DNA of 64,000 bases from positions 36,073 through 100,072 of the forward strand of contig CABUPE010000002.1 of assembly GCA_902493515.1 (NCBI GenBank), written 5' to 3'. Below are positions 19,148 to 29,580 of this stretch, piece by piece. Position 1 is the stretch's first letter. Every line of letters starts with the position of its first letter. The DNA is from an uncultured Collinsella sp. (lineage in GTDB: Bacteria; Actinomycetota; Coriobacteriia; Coriobacteriales; Coriobacteriaceae). Both the position numbers and the translations under genes were made by a program. The notes under the pieces are model-generated. The model was given only the letters and a program-made list of their open reading frames with translations, was not told where the DNA came from and did no database searches.

Positions 19148-19180
19148 TCATCGGGTTGCTTCACGGCAACATGTTTTTAT

Positions 19181-19274
19181 CACGCACGCGCGGCTACTTC
19201 ATACCGTGGTGCCCGGGCTTTGGTAGCACATGTCCGGGTTGGTTTTGGAGGATGACCCCGCGCGGAGGCAAACC
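19181..19274 (+). ncRNA. rpsB 5' leader (t44-like S2 autoregulatory structure)
   Basis: CACGCACGC...GGTGCCC...GGGTTGG...GCGCGGAGGCAAACC pattern directly upstream of rpsB, resembling t44 leaders. Confidence 0.65.
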
Positions 19275-19288
19275 ACAGGAGGTTTAAC

Positions 19289-20017
19289 ATGGCTACCAAG
19301 ATTAATATCCGCACCCTGCTCGAGGCCGGCTGCCACTTCGGTCACCAGACCCGTCGCTGGAACCCTAAGATGAAGCCGTTCATCTTCGGTGAGCGCAACG
19401 GCATCTACATCCTCGACCTCAAGCAGACCATCCTCGACGCCGACCAGGCCTACACCTTCGTCAAGAACGTCGCCAAGGGTGGCAACGTGCTGTTCGTCGG
19501 CACCAAGAAGCAGGCTCAGGAGGCCGTCAAGAACGCTGCTGAGCGCGCCAACATGCCCTACATCAACCAGCGTTGGCTCGGCGGTATGCTGACCAACTTC
19601 GTCACCATCCGCTCCCGCATCAACCGCATGGAGGAGCTCGAGGCCATGGTCGAGGACGGCCGCATGGCTGTTCTGCCCAAGAAGGAGCAGGCTGTTCTCG
19701 GCAAGGAGCTCACCAAGCTCCAGACCAACCTCGGTGGCGCTCGCGACATGAAGGGTCTGCCCCAGGCTCTCTTCGTCATCGACACCAAGCGCGAGGAGAA
19801 CGCCATCAAGGAGGCTCAGCGCCTGAACATCCCCGTCGTCGCTCTGATCGACACCAACTCCGATCCCGACGAGGTCGAGTACGGCATCCCCTGCAACGAT
19901 GACGCTATCTCCGCTGTCACCCTTATGTGCGAGCTCATGGCTGACGCCTGCCTCGCTGGCTCCGGCAAGGAGCAGGTCTCCGAGGTCGAGATGGCCGCTG
20001 AGCCCAAGGCCGAGTAA
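19289..20017 (+). CDS. rpsB: 30S ribosomal protein S2
   Basis: [29 protein letters not shown]. Confidence 0.98.
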   Translation: MATKINIRTLLEAGCHFGHQTRRWNPKMKPFIFGERNGIYILDLKQTILDADQAYTFVKNVAKGGNVLFVGTKKQAQEAVKNAAERANMPYINQRWLGGMLTNFVTIRSRINRMEELEAMVEDGRMAVLPKKEQAVLGKELTKLQTNLGGARDMKGLPQALFVIDTKREENAIKEAQRLNIPVVALIDTNSDPDEVEYGIPCNDDAISAVTLMCELMADACLAGSGKEQVSEVEMAAEPKAE

Positions 20018-20062
20018 ATCAGTCTTAGTTAATTCTTTTTCATCTCTTTGAAAGGAACCACA

Positions 20063-20932
20063 ATGGCCCAGATTACCGCCGCTATGGTCAAGCAGCTCCG
20101 CGAGATGACCGACTCCCCGATGATGGAGTGCAAGAAGGCTCTCGTTGAGGCTGACGGCGACATGGACGCTGCTGTCGACGTTCTGCGCAAAAACGGCCTC
20201 GCCAAGGCTGCCAAGAAGGCTGGCCGTGAGACCAACGAGGGCGCTGTCGCCGCGTTCGTCTCCGAGGATGGCAAGACCGGCGCTCTGCTCGAGCTCTCCT
20301 GCGAGACCGACTTCGTTGGCTCCAACGCCAAGTTCACCGGCTTTGCTTCCAAGGTCGCTGAGGTTGTCGCCACCACCGAGCCTGCTGACGTCGACGCTCT
20401 GCTCGAGAAGCCGATGGGCGAGGAGACTGTTTCCTCCGAGCTCACCGAGATGATTCACATCATGGGCGAGAACATGAAGATCTCCCGCTTCGCTGCCCGC
20501 AAGGCTGAGAACGGCGCGCTTGCTTCTTACATCCACATGGGTGGTAAGATCGGCGTCCTCGTCGAGTTTGCTTTCGAGAAGGCCGAGACCGCTCAGGCTG
20601 AGTCCTTCAAGACCTTCGCTCACGACGTTGCCCTTCAGGTTGCCGCCGTCGCCCCGATCTGCGCTACCCGCGATCAGGTTCCGGCCGAGACCGTCGAGCA
20701 CGAGAAGCAGATCTACATGGCTCAGGCTGCCGAGTCCGGCAAGCCCGAGGCCATTCAGGAGAAGATGGCTGTCGGCCGTCTGGAGAAGTTCTACAAGCAG
20801 TCCGTGCTCACCGAGCAGGAGTTCATCAAGGACAGCTCCCTCACCATCAAGAAGTACGCTGAGCAGGTCTCCAAGGAGCTCGGCGACACCATTACCGTCG
20901 TTGCCTTTGACCGTCTGGTCCGTGGCGAGTAA
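20063..20932 (+). CDS. tsf: Elongation factor Ts
   Basis: VKQLREMT, MMECKKAL, CETDFV. Confidence 0.97.
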   Translation: MAQITAAMVKQLREMTDSPMMECKKALVEADGDMDAAVDVLRKNGLAKAAKKAGRETNEGAVAAFVSEDGKTGALLELSCETDFVGSNAKFTGFASKVAEVVATTEPADVDALLEKPMGEETVSSELTEMIHIMGENMKISRFAARKAENGALASYIHMGGKIGVLVEFAFEKAETAQAESFKTFAHDVALQVAAVAPICATRDQVPAETVEHEKQIYMAQAAESGKPEAIQEKMAVGRLEKFYKQSVLTEQEFIKDSSLTIKKYAEQVSKELGDTITVVAFDRLVRGE

Positions 20933-20955
20933 ATAAGCTCTTGTAGCTGGTAATG

Positions 20956-20990
20956 AGCAGGCTGTGGGTTTTACTCACAGCCTGCTTTTT
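20956..20990 (+). terminator. tsf terminator
   Basis: AGCAGGCTGTGGGT/ACTCACAGCCTGCT stem followed by TTTT. Confidence 0.85.
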
Positions 20991-21050
20991 CATGGCTCTT
21001 CTTAGAGCCTTTGATAGAATGTTGAGAGTTCAATCTAAAGGAGGATCGCT

Positions 21051-21773
21051 TTGTCCGACATCCGATATAAACGCGTGCTTCTGAAGCTTTCCGGCGAAGC
21101 GCTGATGGGCGACGGCCAATATGGCATCGACCCCAAGGTTACCGACCATCTTGCTAAGCAGGTCAAAGAGCTGCTCGCCGTTGGTCACGAAGTTGGCGTC
21201 GTTGTTGGCGGCGGCAATATTTTCCGCGGCATGGCCGGCGCTGCCGGTGGCATGGAGCGTGCTCAGGCCGACTACATGGGCATGCTGGCAACCGTTATGA
21301 ACGCGCTCGCCCTGCAGGATGCCTTCGAGCATAACGATGTTCCCTGCCGCGTGATGAGCGCTATCCAGATGAACGAGATCTGCGAGCCCTATATTCGCCG
21401 TCGCGCCATCAACCACCTTTCCAAGGGCAACGTCGTTATTTTTGCCGCCGGTTCGGGCAATCCGTACTTTACGACCGACACCGCCGCGGCTCTTCGTGCG
21501 TGCGAGATCGGCGCCGAGATTCTGATTAAAGCCACCAAGGTTGACGGCATCTACGACAAGGATCCCGTCAAGTGCGCCGATGCCGTCCGCTTTGACAAGA
21601 TTACCTATCACGAGGTTCTCGTCCGCGGTCTGCAGGTTATGGATTCCACGGCTACGGCACTGTGCCAGGACAACCGTATGCCGATTTTGGTCCTCAACAT
21701 CGATGGCGAGGACACCGTCAAGCGCGCGCTTTCGGGTGAGCCCGTCGGCACGCTCGTCTATCAGGAGGATTAA
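21051..21773 (+). CDS. pyrH: UMP kinase
   Basis: [29 protein letters not shown]. Confidence 0.97.
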   Translation: MSDIRYKRVLLKLSGEALMGDGQYGIDPKVTDHLAKQVKELLAVGHEVGVVVGGGNIFRGMAGAAGGMERAQADYMGMLATVMNALALQDAFEHNDVPCRVMSAIQMNEICEPYIRRRAINHLSKGNVVIFAAGSGNPYFTTDTAAALRACEIGAEILIKATKVDGIYDKDPVKCADAVRFDKITYHEVLVRGLQVMDSTATALCQDNRMPILVLNIDGEDTVKRALSGEPVGTLVYQED

Positions 21774-21775
21774 GC

Positions 21776-22312
21776 ATGGCAGAGAACATCACCGCCCATA
21801 TGGACAAGTCGCTCGAGTCCCTCAAGCATAACTTCTCCAAGGTTCGTACCGGCCGCGCCAATGCCAACATTCTGTCCGACATCACCGTCGATTATTACGG
21901 TGTTCCCACGCCGGTCACGCAGGTTGCCGCCGTCAAGACCCCCGAGGCCCACATGCTGCTCATCGAGCCGTGGGACAAGGCACTCATCAATGCTATCGTC
22001 AAGGCCATCGGCGCTTCCGATCTGGGTATTACCCCCAACTCCGATGGCACCGTCGTTCGTCTTCCGTTCCCGGCTCCCACTGAGGAGCGCCGTCGCGAGC
22101 TCGTCAAGGAGTGCCGCGAGTACGCCGAGCAGGCCAAGGTGTCTATCCGTAACATCCGTCGCGACTTCAACAACAAGCTCGAGCGCGATGAGGAGCTCAC
22201 CGAGGACGATGTCCGTCGCGAGCAGGCCAAGGTCCAGAAGCACACCGATGAGTATGTCGCCAAGGTCGAGGAGCTTCTGAAGGAAAAAGAAGCCGAGGTC
22301 ATGGAGATCTAA
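21776..22312 (+). CDS. frr: Ribosome recycling factor
   Basis: VRTGRAN, VDYYG, PTEERRRELVK, IRNIRR. Confidence 0.97.
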   Translation: MAENITAHMDKSLESLKHNFSKVRTGRANANILSDITVDYYGVPTPVTQVAAVKTPEAHMLLIEPWDKALINAIVKAIGASDLGITPNSDGTVVRLPFPAPTEERRRELVKECREYAEQAKVSIRNIRRDFNNKLERDEELTEDDVRREQAKVQKHTDEYVAKVEELLKEKEAEVMEI

Positions 22313-22313
22313 G

Positions 22314-23108
22314 GTGCAATACGACGAGCATAAACTGGTCGAGTACTTTGCCGACGCCCCTGCGGGCGTCGGTTTTTCCGACCTTGACCTCAATAACATT
22401 CCGCACCATATCTCGTGCATCATGGACGGCAACGGTCGTTGGGCTACGTCGCGCGGTCTTGCGCGCACTGAGGGCCACAAGGCGGGTATCGTCTCCCTTC
22501 GCGAGATCATTACCGCCTGCGTGCGCCTGGGCGTCGACGTGCTTTCTGCCTATGCGTTTTCTACCGAAAACTGGAACCGTCCGCAGCATGAGGTCAACGT
22601 CTTGATGCATCTGTTTGCCAAGACGTTTATCGACGAGCTGCCGCTTCTGAAGCGCGAAAACGTGCGTGTTGTCTTTTTGGGTGACATTTCCGCGCTGCCC
22701 AAGAAGACCCGCGACGTTTTTGAACGCGGTCTTGCCGAGTGCGCCGATCACACCGGTATGACGCTGGCGCTTGCCGTCAACTACGGCGCGCGTGCCGAGA
22801 TTACCCGCGCTGTCCGTCAGATTGCACTCGACGCTGCCGCCGGTAAGATCGATCCTGCCGCAATTGATGACGACATGGTGGCTTCCCATCTCTATACCGC
22901 CGGCCTTCCCGATCCTGAGCTTGTGATTCGCACCTCTGGTGAGCTGCGCCTTTCGAACTATCTGCTGTGGCAGGTGGCTTATTCCGAATTCTACGTCACC
23001 GATACCTATTGGCCTGACTTTGATCGTTGGGGCCTTGTCGACGCCATTTTGGCCTATCAGGGCCGTGACCGTAGGTTTGGTGGACTGAGCAAGACCGAGG
23101 AGGCTTAA
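22314..23108 (+). CDS. uppS: Undecaprenyl diphosphate synthase
   Basis: IMDGNGRWA, YAFSTENWNRP, IRTSGELRLSNYLLWQ. Confidence 0.96.
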   Translation: MQYDEHKLVEYFADAPAGVGFSDLDLNNIPHHISCIMDGNGRWATSRGLARTEGHKAGIVSLREIITACVRLGVDVLSAYAFSTENWNRPQHEVNVLMHLFAKTFIDELPLLKRENVRVVFLGDISALPKKTRDVFERGLAECADHTGMTLALAVNYGARAEITRAVRQIALDAAAGKIDPAAIDDDMVASHLYTAGLPDPELVIRTSGELRLSNYLLWQVAYSEFYVTDTYWPDFDRWGLVDAILAYQGRDRRFGGLSKTEEA

Positions 23109-23110
23109 TC

Positions 23111-24010
23111 GTGTCCGATCGTCCCAAGGCATCTGCTCCCAAGACGCCTGCGCGCAAAGCTGCCGCTGCGGGAGCGCCTGCAGCGAAGAGCGGCACCGGT
23201 TCGTGGCTGGCGGGCTTTATTACCCGTGCCGCCGCCGGTATCGTCTACGCCGTTGTCTTTATCCTGTGCCTGGTTTTGGGTATCGTGCCCACGGCCATCT
23301 TTGTTTCTGTCATGAGCGGTCTGTGCTGCTATGAGTTTTTCCGTATGACAAGGCTTGATGGCAAGATGGCTAACGAGCGCATGGGTATCGCTGCCGCCGT
23401 ACTCTTTCCGCTGTCGGCGTTGGGCGATTCGATGTTGCTGAATGCCCTGCTTTTTGCCCTGATGCTCGCTGTGGGCATTTGGTATGTCTGGTCGCCGCGT
23501 ACCCGCATCTCTGATGTGGCAGTGACGCTCATGGGTCCCATCTACACTGGCTTTATGCTGTCGGCTATCGTGCTGCTGCGCGATGCCGTGCCCGGTTTTG
23601 CCGGTGCCCTGCTTTCAGTGGGCGTTTGCGCGTCCCTTTGGGTCTCCGATTCGTTTGCCTACATCGTGGGTAGCCGTATCGGCAAGCACAAGATGGTTCC
23701 CAAGATCTCTCCCAAAAAGAGCTGGGAGGGGTTTGCCGGCGGCATCCTGGGCTCGGTTTTGATTTGGCTCATCCTGTGGGCGACGCACTTCTACAAGCTC
23801 AGCCTGCCCTATGCGCTGCTGTGCGGCGTGGTCGTGTCCATTCTGGGCGTTATCGGCGACCTTATCGAGTCGCGCATCAAGCGTGGCGTGGGCGTCAAGG
23901 ATTCCGGCAACCTTATCCCGGGCCATGGCGGCATGCTCGACCGTAGCGACTCGCTTATCTTTGGCTGCATTACCGCTCAGCTGCTTTTGATGATCGGAGG
24001 CGTGCTGTAA
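23111..24010 (+). CDS. cdsA: Phosphatidate cytidylyltransferase
   Basis: Multi-TM; ISPKKSWEG, GDLIESRIKR, KDSGNLIPGHGGMLDR. Confidence 0.95.
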   Translation: MSDRPKASAPKTPARKAAAAGAPAAKSGTGSWLAGFITRAAAGIVYAVVFILCLVLGIVPTAIFVSVMSGLCCYEFFRMTRLDGKMANERMGIAAAVLFPLSALGDSMLLNALLFALMLAVGIWYVWSPRTRISDVAVTLMGPIYTGFMLSAIVLLRDAVPGFAGALLSVGVCASLWVSDSFAYIVGSRIGKHKMVPKISPKKSWEGFAGGILGSVLIWLILWATHFYKLSLPYALLCGVVVSILGVIGDLIESRIKRGVGVKDSGNLIPGHGGMLDRSDSLIFGCITAQLLLMIGGVL

Positions 24011-25197
24011 TGTCATTCCAGACGACGTATGGCCCCGATGGACGCCTCCGTGTTGCCATCCTGGGTTGTACGGGCTCTATCGGCACCCAGGCACTCGATG
24101 TGTGCCGTCAGCATGCTGATCGCCTGCAGGTGACGGCGCTGTCCGTTAATTCCAGCACCTCTGAGCTCGTTGCCGCTGCCCGCGAGTTCTCGGTTCCGGC
24201 GGTTGCCGTGGCCGATGTCGCTCACGGCGATGACGCCGTGCTGCAGGAGTTGCCCGAGGGAACGAAGCTCGGCGTTGGCGCGCAGGCGGTTTGCGAGCTC
24301 GCGCGTCGCGACGATGTCGACTGCGTGCTCGTTGCTATTGTGGGCGCCGCCGGTCTCGAGGCGAGCCATGCGGCCTTGACCTCTAATAAGCGCCTTGCCC
24401 TTGCCAACAAGGAGTCCCTCGTCGTCGGTGGCGACTTGCTTATGCCGTTGGCACAACCGGGCCAGCTTATTCCAGTCGACTCTGAGCACTCCGCCATCTA
24501 CCAGTGCTATCTGGGGGAGGACCCGCGCGAGGCTCATTGTATTTGGCTCACCTGCTCGGGCGGTCCGTTCTTTGGCCGCACGCGCGACGAGCTCAATCGC
24601 GTGACGCGTGCCGATGCCCTCGCACATCCCACGTGGGCCATGGGCGCCAAGATCACCATCGACTCCGCCACCCTCATGAACAAGGGCCTGGAGCGAATTG
24701 AGGCCATGCATCTGTTTAACTGCGGCCTCGATTTCATTAACGTGGTCGTGCAGCGTCAGTCCAAGATTCACTCTATGGTCGAGTTCGCCGACGGCTCCGT
24801 GATGGCGCATCTCGGTGCTTCCGACATGCGTATTCCCATCCAGTTCGCGTTCTCGTATCCCGAGCGTTGGGATACCCCGGCGCCTCGTATCGATTTCCGC
24901 GAGCTGGGGCAGCTCACGTTTGATGCTGCCGACATGGATACCTTCCGCTGTCTGGCACTGGCCGAACGTGCCGGCAAGACGGGTGGCACCATGCCGTGCG
25001 TGCTCAATGCCGCCAACGAGGTCGCCGTCGATGCCTTCCTGCACGATGGCTGCAGCTTTACCGATATCGATCGCATTGTGGAATCCTGCATGGATTCCCA
25101 CGATATGCAGGCGGTCGATTCGTTTGAGCAGCTTCGCGACATCGATGCATGGGCGCGTGAAAAGGCTGCGCAGGTGCTCGCCGCAACCCGTTCCTAA
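24010..25197 (+). CDS. dxr: 1-deoxy-D-xylulose-5-phosphate reductoisomerase
   Basis: LGCTGSIG, LANKESLV, PVDSEHSA, HPTWAMGAKITIDSATLMNK. Confidence 0.96.
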   Translation: MSFQTTYGPDGRLRVAILGCTGSIGTQALDVCRQHADRLQVTALSVNSSTSELVAAAREFSVPAVAVADVAHGDDAVLQELPEGTKLGVGAQAVCELARRDDVDCVLVAIVGAAGLEASHAALTSNKRLALANKESLVVGGDLLMPLAQPGQLIPVDSEHSAIYQCYLGEDPREAHCIWLTCSGGPFFGRTRDELNRVTRADALAHPTWAMGAKITIDSATLMNKGLERIEAMHLFNCGLDFINVVVQRQSKIHSMVEFADGSVMAHLGASDMRIPIQFAFSYPERWDTPAPRIDFRELGQLTFDAADMDTFRCLALAERAGKTGGTMPCVLNAANEVAVDAFLHDGCSFTDIDRIVESCMDSHDMQAVDSFEQLRDIDAWAREKAAQVLAATRS

Positions 25198-25222
25198 CCC
25201 ATAAGGATTGCTTTTTCGTTTT

Positions 25223-26584
25223 ATGGATACTGTTCTGAGCGTTCTCTCATCGGTCTTTTGGGGCCTGCTGATGCTTTCCGTCCTCGTGTTTTTGCACGAG
25301 GGCGGCCACTTTTTGGCGGCGCGTGCCTGCGGCGTCCGTGTGACCGAGTTCTTTTTGGGCCTGCCGTGCCGCTTTGACATCCATTACACGTCGCGTCGCA
25401 TTGGAACCAAGTTTGGCGTGACCCCGCTGCTGCTGGGTGGCTACGCTGCCATTTGCGGTATGGATCCGACCGATGTCTCCTGCGCCGATCGCGTGCTCGC
25501 GGCTATCTATCGTCATGGTCGCGTGACCGTGGCCGACCTTGCTGTCGAGCTTGAGCTTTCCGAGGAGGATGTGCTCGAGGCATGCGCCCTGTTGCTGGGC
25601 TGGGGTTCCATCGCACCCTGGTATGAGGAAGGGGAGAAGCCCTCGCCGAGCTACTATCCCACCAAGTATCAGACGCTGCCGCGAGATGCGGCGGGTTACA
25701 CTACCTTTGACGGCCGCCGTTTCGATCGCGAACATTCAACTGCCGAGGGCGATGTGTGGGAGCTGCCGTGCGGCGAGGCCGAGTTCCTTGCACAAGAGCG
25801 TTCGCACACCTATCTTGGCCAGGGCTTTCTCAAGCGCGCCTTTATGTTGCTCGCGGGCATTCTCGTCAATATCCTGACGGGCTTTTTGCTGCTTATGAGC
25901 ATCTACTCTATTGCGGGTGTCACCGTGCCGATGGATACCAACGTGATCGGTCAGGTTGACGAGGGGTCTATTGCCGCCAAGGCGGGTATCGAGGGCGGCG
26001 ACGCGATCCTTTCGGTTGACGGAGTATCGTGCTCTACCTGGATGGACGTTTACGATGCCATCGGTAAGGCTGCCGGTAAGGACGATATCGCCATCGAGTA
26101 CGAGCGTGACGGCAAGCAGCATTCGACCGCGGTTGCGCTCAAAGAGGACGAGCGCCTAGGTGTGTATGCCTCTACGCAGGTGGTCCGTTTAGACCCCATC
26201 ACGTCGGCTCGACTTTCGTTCTCCTATGTCGTGCAGACAGCGGAGGGCGTGATGCGCCTGCTCCAGCCGCAGCATACGATGGAGATGCTCGATCAGTCTT
26301 CTTCGATCGTGGGCATTAGCGTTATGTCCTCACAGGCTGCTGCTGCCGGCCCTGCCACGTTCCTTTCGTTTGCCGCCCTCATTTCGTTCTCGCTTGGCTT
26401 TATGAACCTGCTGCCCATCCCACCACTCGATGGCGGCAAGCTGGTCATCGAGATCATTCAAAAGATTGCTGGCCGCGAGCTTCCGCTCAAGGTCCAGACG
26501 ATTGTGAGCTATGTGGGCATCGCGCTCTTTGTGCTGCTGTTTGTCTATATGCTTCGTTCCGACATCCTTCGATTTATTCTGTAG
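25223..26584 (+). CDS. rseP: RIP metalloprotease RseP (M50, PDZ)
   Basis: HEGGH zinc motif, GGY, PDZ domain, NLLPIPPLDGG; dxr-rseP-ispG synteny. Confidence 0.92.
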   Translation: MDTVLSVLSSVFWGLLMLSVLVFLHEGGHFLAARACGVRVTEFFLGLPCRFDIHYTSRRIGTKFGVTPLLLGGYAAICGMDPTDVSCADRVLAAIYRHGRVTVADLAVELELSEEDVLEACALLLGWGSIAPWYEEGEKPSPSYYPTKYQTLPRDAAGYTTFDGRRFDREHSTAEGDVWELPCGEAEFLAQERSHTYLGQGFLKRAFMLLAGILVNILTGFLLLMSIYSIAGVTVPMDTNVIGQVDEGSIAAKAGIEGGDAILSVDGVSCSTWMDVYDAIGKAAGKDDIAIEYERDGKQHSTAVALKEDERLGVYASTQVVRLDPITSARLSFSYVVQTAEGVMRLLQPQHTMEMLDQSSSIVGISVMSSQAAAAGPATFLSFAALISFSLGFMNLLPIPPLDGGKLVIEIIQKIAGRELPLKVQTIVSYVGIALFVLLFVYMLRSDILRFIL

Positions 26585-26597
26585 GGGAGTGTTTGGA

Positions 26598-27680
26598 TTG
26601 TCTTTATCCCATCCTTTGCCTCGCGAGTTGACGCGCCCCGTGCATGTGGGCGGCGTGCAGATCGGTGGCGGCGCTCCGGTCGTGGTTCAGTCCATGACCT
26701 GCACCGATACCGCTGATGCCCAGGCAACGCTTGCGCAAGTGTGCGCGTTGGCGCAGGCTGGCTGCGATATCGTGCGCGTGAGCGTGCCCACCGAGGCCGC
26801 GCTTGAGGGTTTCCGCACCATCTGTGCTGAGTCCCCGGTGCCGATCGTCGCCGATATTCACTTTAACCATAAGCTCGCCATTGGTGCCGTTGAGGCCGGT
26901 GCTGCCAAGCTGCGCATCAATCCCGGCAACATTGGCGATTGGGCCAAGGTCGATGCCGTGATCGATGCCGCGGGTGCCGCTGGGTGTGCGATCCGCATCG
27001 GTGTGAACGCCGGCTCGCTCGAGCAGGATATTGCCGAGCGCGACGATCTCACGCAGCCCGAAAAGCTCGTGATGTCGAGCGAGCGCTTCGTCAAACATTT
27101 TGAGGATCGCGGTTTTACCAACATTGTGCTTTCCGCCAAGGCCCATAGCGTGGCCATCACGCTTGATGCCTATCGCGCTCTGTCGCGCGAGATACCGCAT
27201 GTTCCGCTCCACCTGGGCGTGACGGAGGCGGGAACCAAGCTACAGGGCACCATCAAGAGCTCTGTAGGCTTGGGTATCTTGCTTTCCGAAGGCATCGGTG
27301 ACACCATGCGCGTCTCGCTTACGGCCGATCCGGTTGAGGAGCCACCGGTTGCCTGGGGAATTTTGCAGTCGCTGGGCCTGCGTCACCGTGGCCCCGAGAT
27401 TGTCTCGTGCCCCACGTGCGCCCGCTGCCAGGTTAATCTCATACCCATCGCCGAGGAGGTCACCGAGCGGCTTAAGAACTACTCCGCGCCGCTTTCGATC
27501 GCCGTGATGGGGTGTGCGGTCAATGGCCCCGGCGAGGCTTCTGATGCCGACCTGGGCGTTGCCTGCGGACGTGGTCAGGCCTTGCTCTTTTCGCATGGCC
27601 AGATCATTGGTAAAGTAGCTGAGGACCAAATTGTCGACGCGCTTATGGCAGAGGTCGACAAGCTTATTGAGGAGAAATAA
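26598..27680 (+). CDS. ispG: HMBPP synthase IspG
   Basis: VQSMT, ADIHF, RINPGNIG, HLGVTEAG, CPTC, MGCAVNGPGE. Confidence 0.96.
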   Translation: MSLSHPLPRELTRPVHVGGVQIGGGAPVVVQSMTCTDTADAQATLAQVCALAQAGCDIVRVSVPTEAALEGFRTICAESPVPIVADIHFNHKLAIGAVEAGAAKLRINPGNIGDWAKVDAVIDAAGAAGCAIRIGVNAGSLEQDIAERDDLTQPEKLVMSSERFVKHFEDRGFTNIVLSAKAHSVAITLDAYRALSREIPHVPLHLGVTEAGTKLQGTIKSSVGLGILLSEGIGDTMRVSLTADPVEEPPVAWGILQSLGLRHRGPEIVSCPTCARCQVNLIPIAEEVTERLKNYSAPLSIAVMGCAVNGPGEASDADLGVACGRGQALLFSHGQIIGKVAEDQIVDALMAEVDKLIEEK

Positions 27681-29402
27681 ATGACCCGAGCAATGTATAT
27701 GTCTAAGCTGTATGCTCCGACGCTCAAAGAGGATCCGGCCGACGCCGAGCTTGCGAGCCATCGCCTGCTGCTTCGCGCCGGCATGATCCGCAAGGAGGCC
27801 GCCGGCCTGTATTCCTATCTGCCGCTCGCATGGCGCTCGATCCGCAAGATCGAGAACATCGTGCGCGACGAGATGGACGCTGCCGACGCGCAGGAGCTTA
27901 TGATGCCTATCATGGTCGACGCCGAGTTGTGGCGTGAGTCCGGCCGCATCGACGCCTATGGCAAGGAGCTTGTGCGCTTTGATGACCGCCACGGCCGCGA
28001 GTTTGTTCTCGGACCCACGCACGAGGAGACCGTGACTGCCCTGGTGCGCAATGAGCTGCGTTCCTACAAGCAGCTGCCGGTGAACCTCTATCACATCCAG
28101 GATAAGTTCCGCGACGAGTTCCGTCCCCGCTTTGGCCTGATGCGCGGTCGCGAGTTCATCATGAAGGACGCCTACAGCTTCTCTGCCACGCAGGAGAGTC
28201 TGCAGGAGGAGTACGACAAGATGAAGCAGGCCTACGCCAACATCTGCGAGCGCTGCTACATCAAGGCTCTGCCCGTTGTCGCCGACTCCGGCGAGATCGG
28301 CGGCGACACCTCCGTCGAGTACATGGCTCTGGCCGACGCCGGCGAGGCTTCGCTCGTCTACTGCGACGATTGCGGCTTCGCTGCCGACGATGAGGCCGCA
28401 AGCACCAAGGTCGTTGTGACTGAGGGTCCTGGCGACGGTACGCTCACCAAGGTCGAGACTCCGGGCATGGGCACCATCGAGGCCGTCGCCAAGTTCTTCG
28501 GTTTCCCCGAGAACGGTACGCGAAAGTCGCTGGCGCTCATCGACGCCGAGGGCAAGCCGGTCGTGGCCATTGTCCCGGGCGACCACGAGCTCAATGACTG
28601 CAAGGCCGAGCATGTCTTTGGCAAGGGCTATCGCATGATGACTGACGAGGAGCTTCAGGCGAACGGCCTGCACAAGGGCTTTATCGGACCGGTTAACCTT
28701 CCCGAGGGCATTCGCCTGGTGTGCGACGAGAGCCTGCGCGAGTCCAAGCAGTGGGCCTGCGGTGCCAACGAGGTCGATTATCACTTTACCGGTGCCTGCC
28801 CCGAGCGCGACTTTACCGTCGACGAGTGGGCCGACCTGGTCACCGTCGTTGCCGGCGATCCCTGCCCGCACTGCGGCAAGCCGCTCTCTGCTGCTCGCGG
28901 CATCGAGGTTTCCCAGGTCTTCCAGCTGGGCACCAAGTACTCCGAGGCCATGGGTGCCACCTTTATGGATGAGGACGGCAAGGAGAAGCCGCTCATCATG
29001 GGTTGCTACGGCGTTGGTGTGTCCCGCTCGCTTGCTGCCGTCGTGGAGCAGCACAACGACGAGCATGGCATCGTCTGGCCGGTCTCCGTTGCCCCGTACG
29101 AGGTCGCGGTGATTCCGCTCGATCCCAAGAAGGAGGAGTGCGCTACCGTCTGCGAGCAGATCGTTGATGGCCTGTGTGCCGAGGGTATCGAGGTCGTCGT
29201 CGACGACCGCGACGAGCGTCCCGGCTTTAAGTTTGCCGACAACGACCTTATGGGCTTCCCGTATCAGGTGGTTCTGGGCAAGCGCGGCCTCAAGAATGGC
29301 ACAGTGGAGCTCAAGGACCGTGCCACGGGCGAGCGTGAGGACGTGGCGATCGACGAGGTCGTCGCCAAGGTTGCCGAGCTTGTTAAGGCAGCCCGCCGTT
29401 AA
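27681..29402 (+). CDS. proS: Proline--tRNA ligase with editing insertion
   Basis: LGPTHEE, KFRDEFRPRFGLMRGREF, QLGTKYS, MGCYGVGVSR. Confidence 0.97.
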   Translation: MTRAMYMSKLYAPTLKEDPADAELASHRLLLRAGMIRKEAAGLYSYLPLAWRSIRKIENIVRDEMDAADAQELMMPIMVDAELWRESGRIDAYGKELVRFDDRHGREFVLGPTHEETVTALVRNELRSYKQLPVNLYHIQDKFRDEFRPRFGLMRGREFIMKDAYSFSATQESLQEEYDKMKQAYANICERCYIKALPVVADSGEIGGDTSVEYMALADAGEASLVYCDDCGFAADDEAASTKVVVTEGPGDGTLTKVETPGMGTIEAVAKFFGFPENGTRKSLALIDAEGKPVVAIVPGDHELNDCKAEHVFGKGYRMMTDEELQANGLHKGFIGPVNLPEGIRLVCDESLRESKQWACGANEVDYHFTGACPERDFTVDEWADLVTVVAGDPCPHCGKPLSAARGIEVSQVFQLGTKYSEAMGATFMDEDGKEKPLIMGCYGVGVSRSLAAVVEQHNDEHGIVWPVSVAPYEVAVIPLDPKKEECATVCEQIVDGLCAEGIEVVVDDRDERPGFKFADNDLMGFPYQVVLGKRGLKNGTVELKDRATGEREDVAIDEVVAKVAELVKAARR

Positions 29403-29431
29403 TCGACGATTTCGCTTGTAGTTCGATATGT

Positions 29432-29477
29432 GGGACGGCCCCGCATTTCTCCAATCGGGGAGATGCGGGGCCGTCCT
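29432..29477 (+). terminator. Long stem-loop after proS
   Basis: GGACGGCCCCGCATTTCTCC-AATC-GGGGAGATGCGGGGCCGTCC. Confidence 0.7.
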
Positions 29478-29503
29478 ATTATCTTGTAGCATCCTCGATA
29501 TCT

Positions 29504-29545
29504 AAAAGGAAAACCCCACAGCCCATGCGAGCTGCGGGGTTTTCC
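29504..29545 (-). terminator. Terminator of the adhE-phosphotransferase unit
   Basis: Plus strand AAAA-GGAAAACCCCACAGC...GCTGCGGGGTTTTCC, giving a U tract on the minus strand. Confidence 0.75.
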
Positions 29546-29580
29546 ATTGTGCCTCCGATGCGAAATAAATCGCTCAGATA

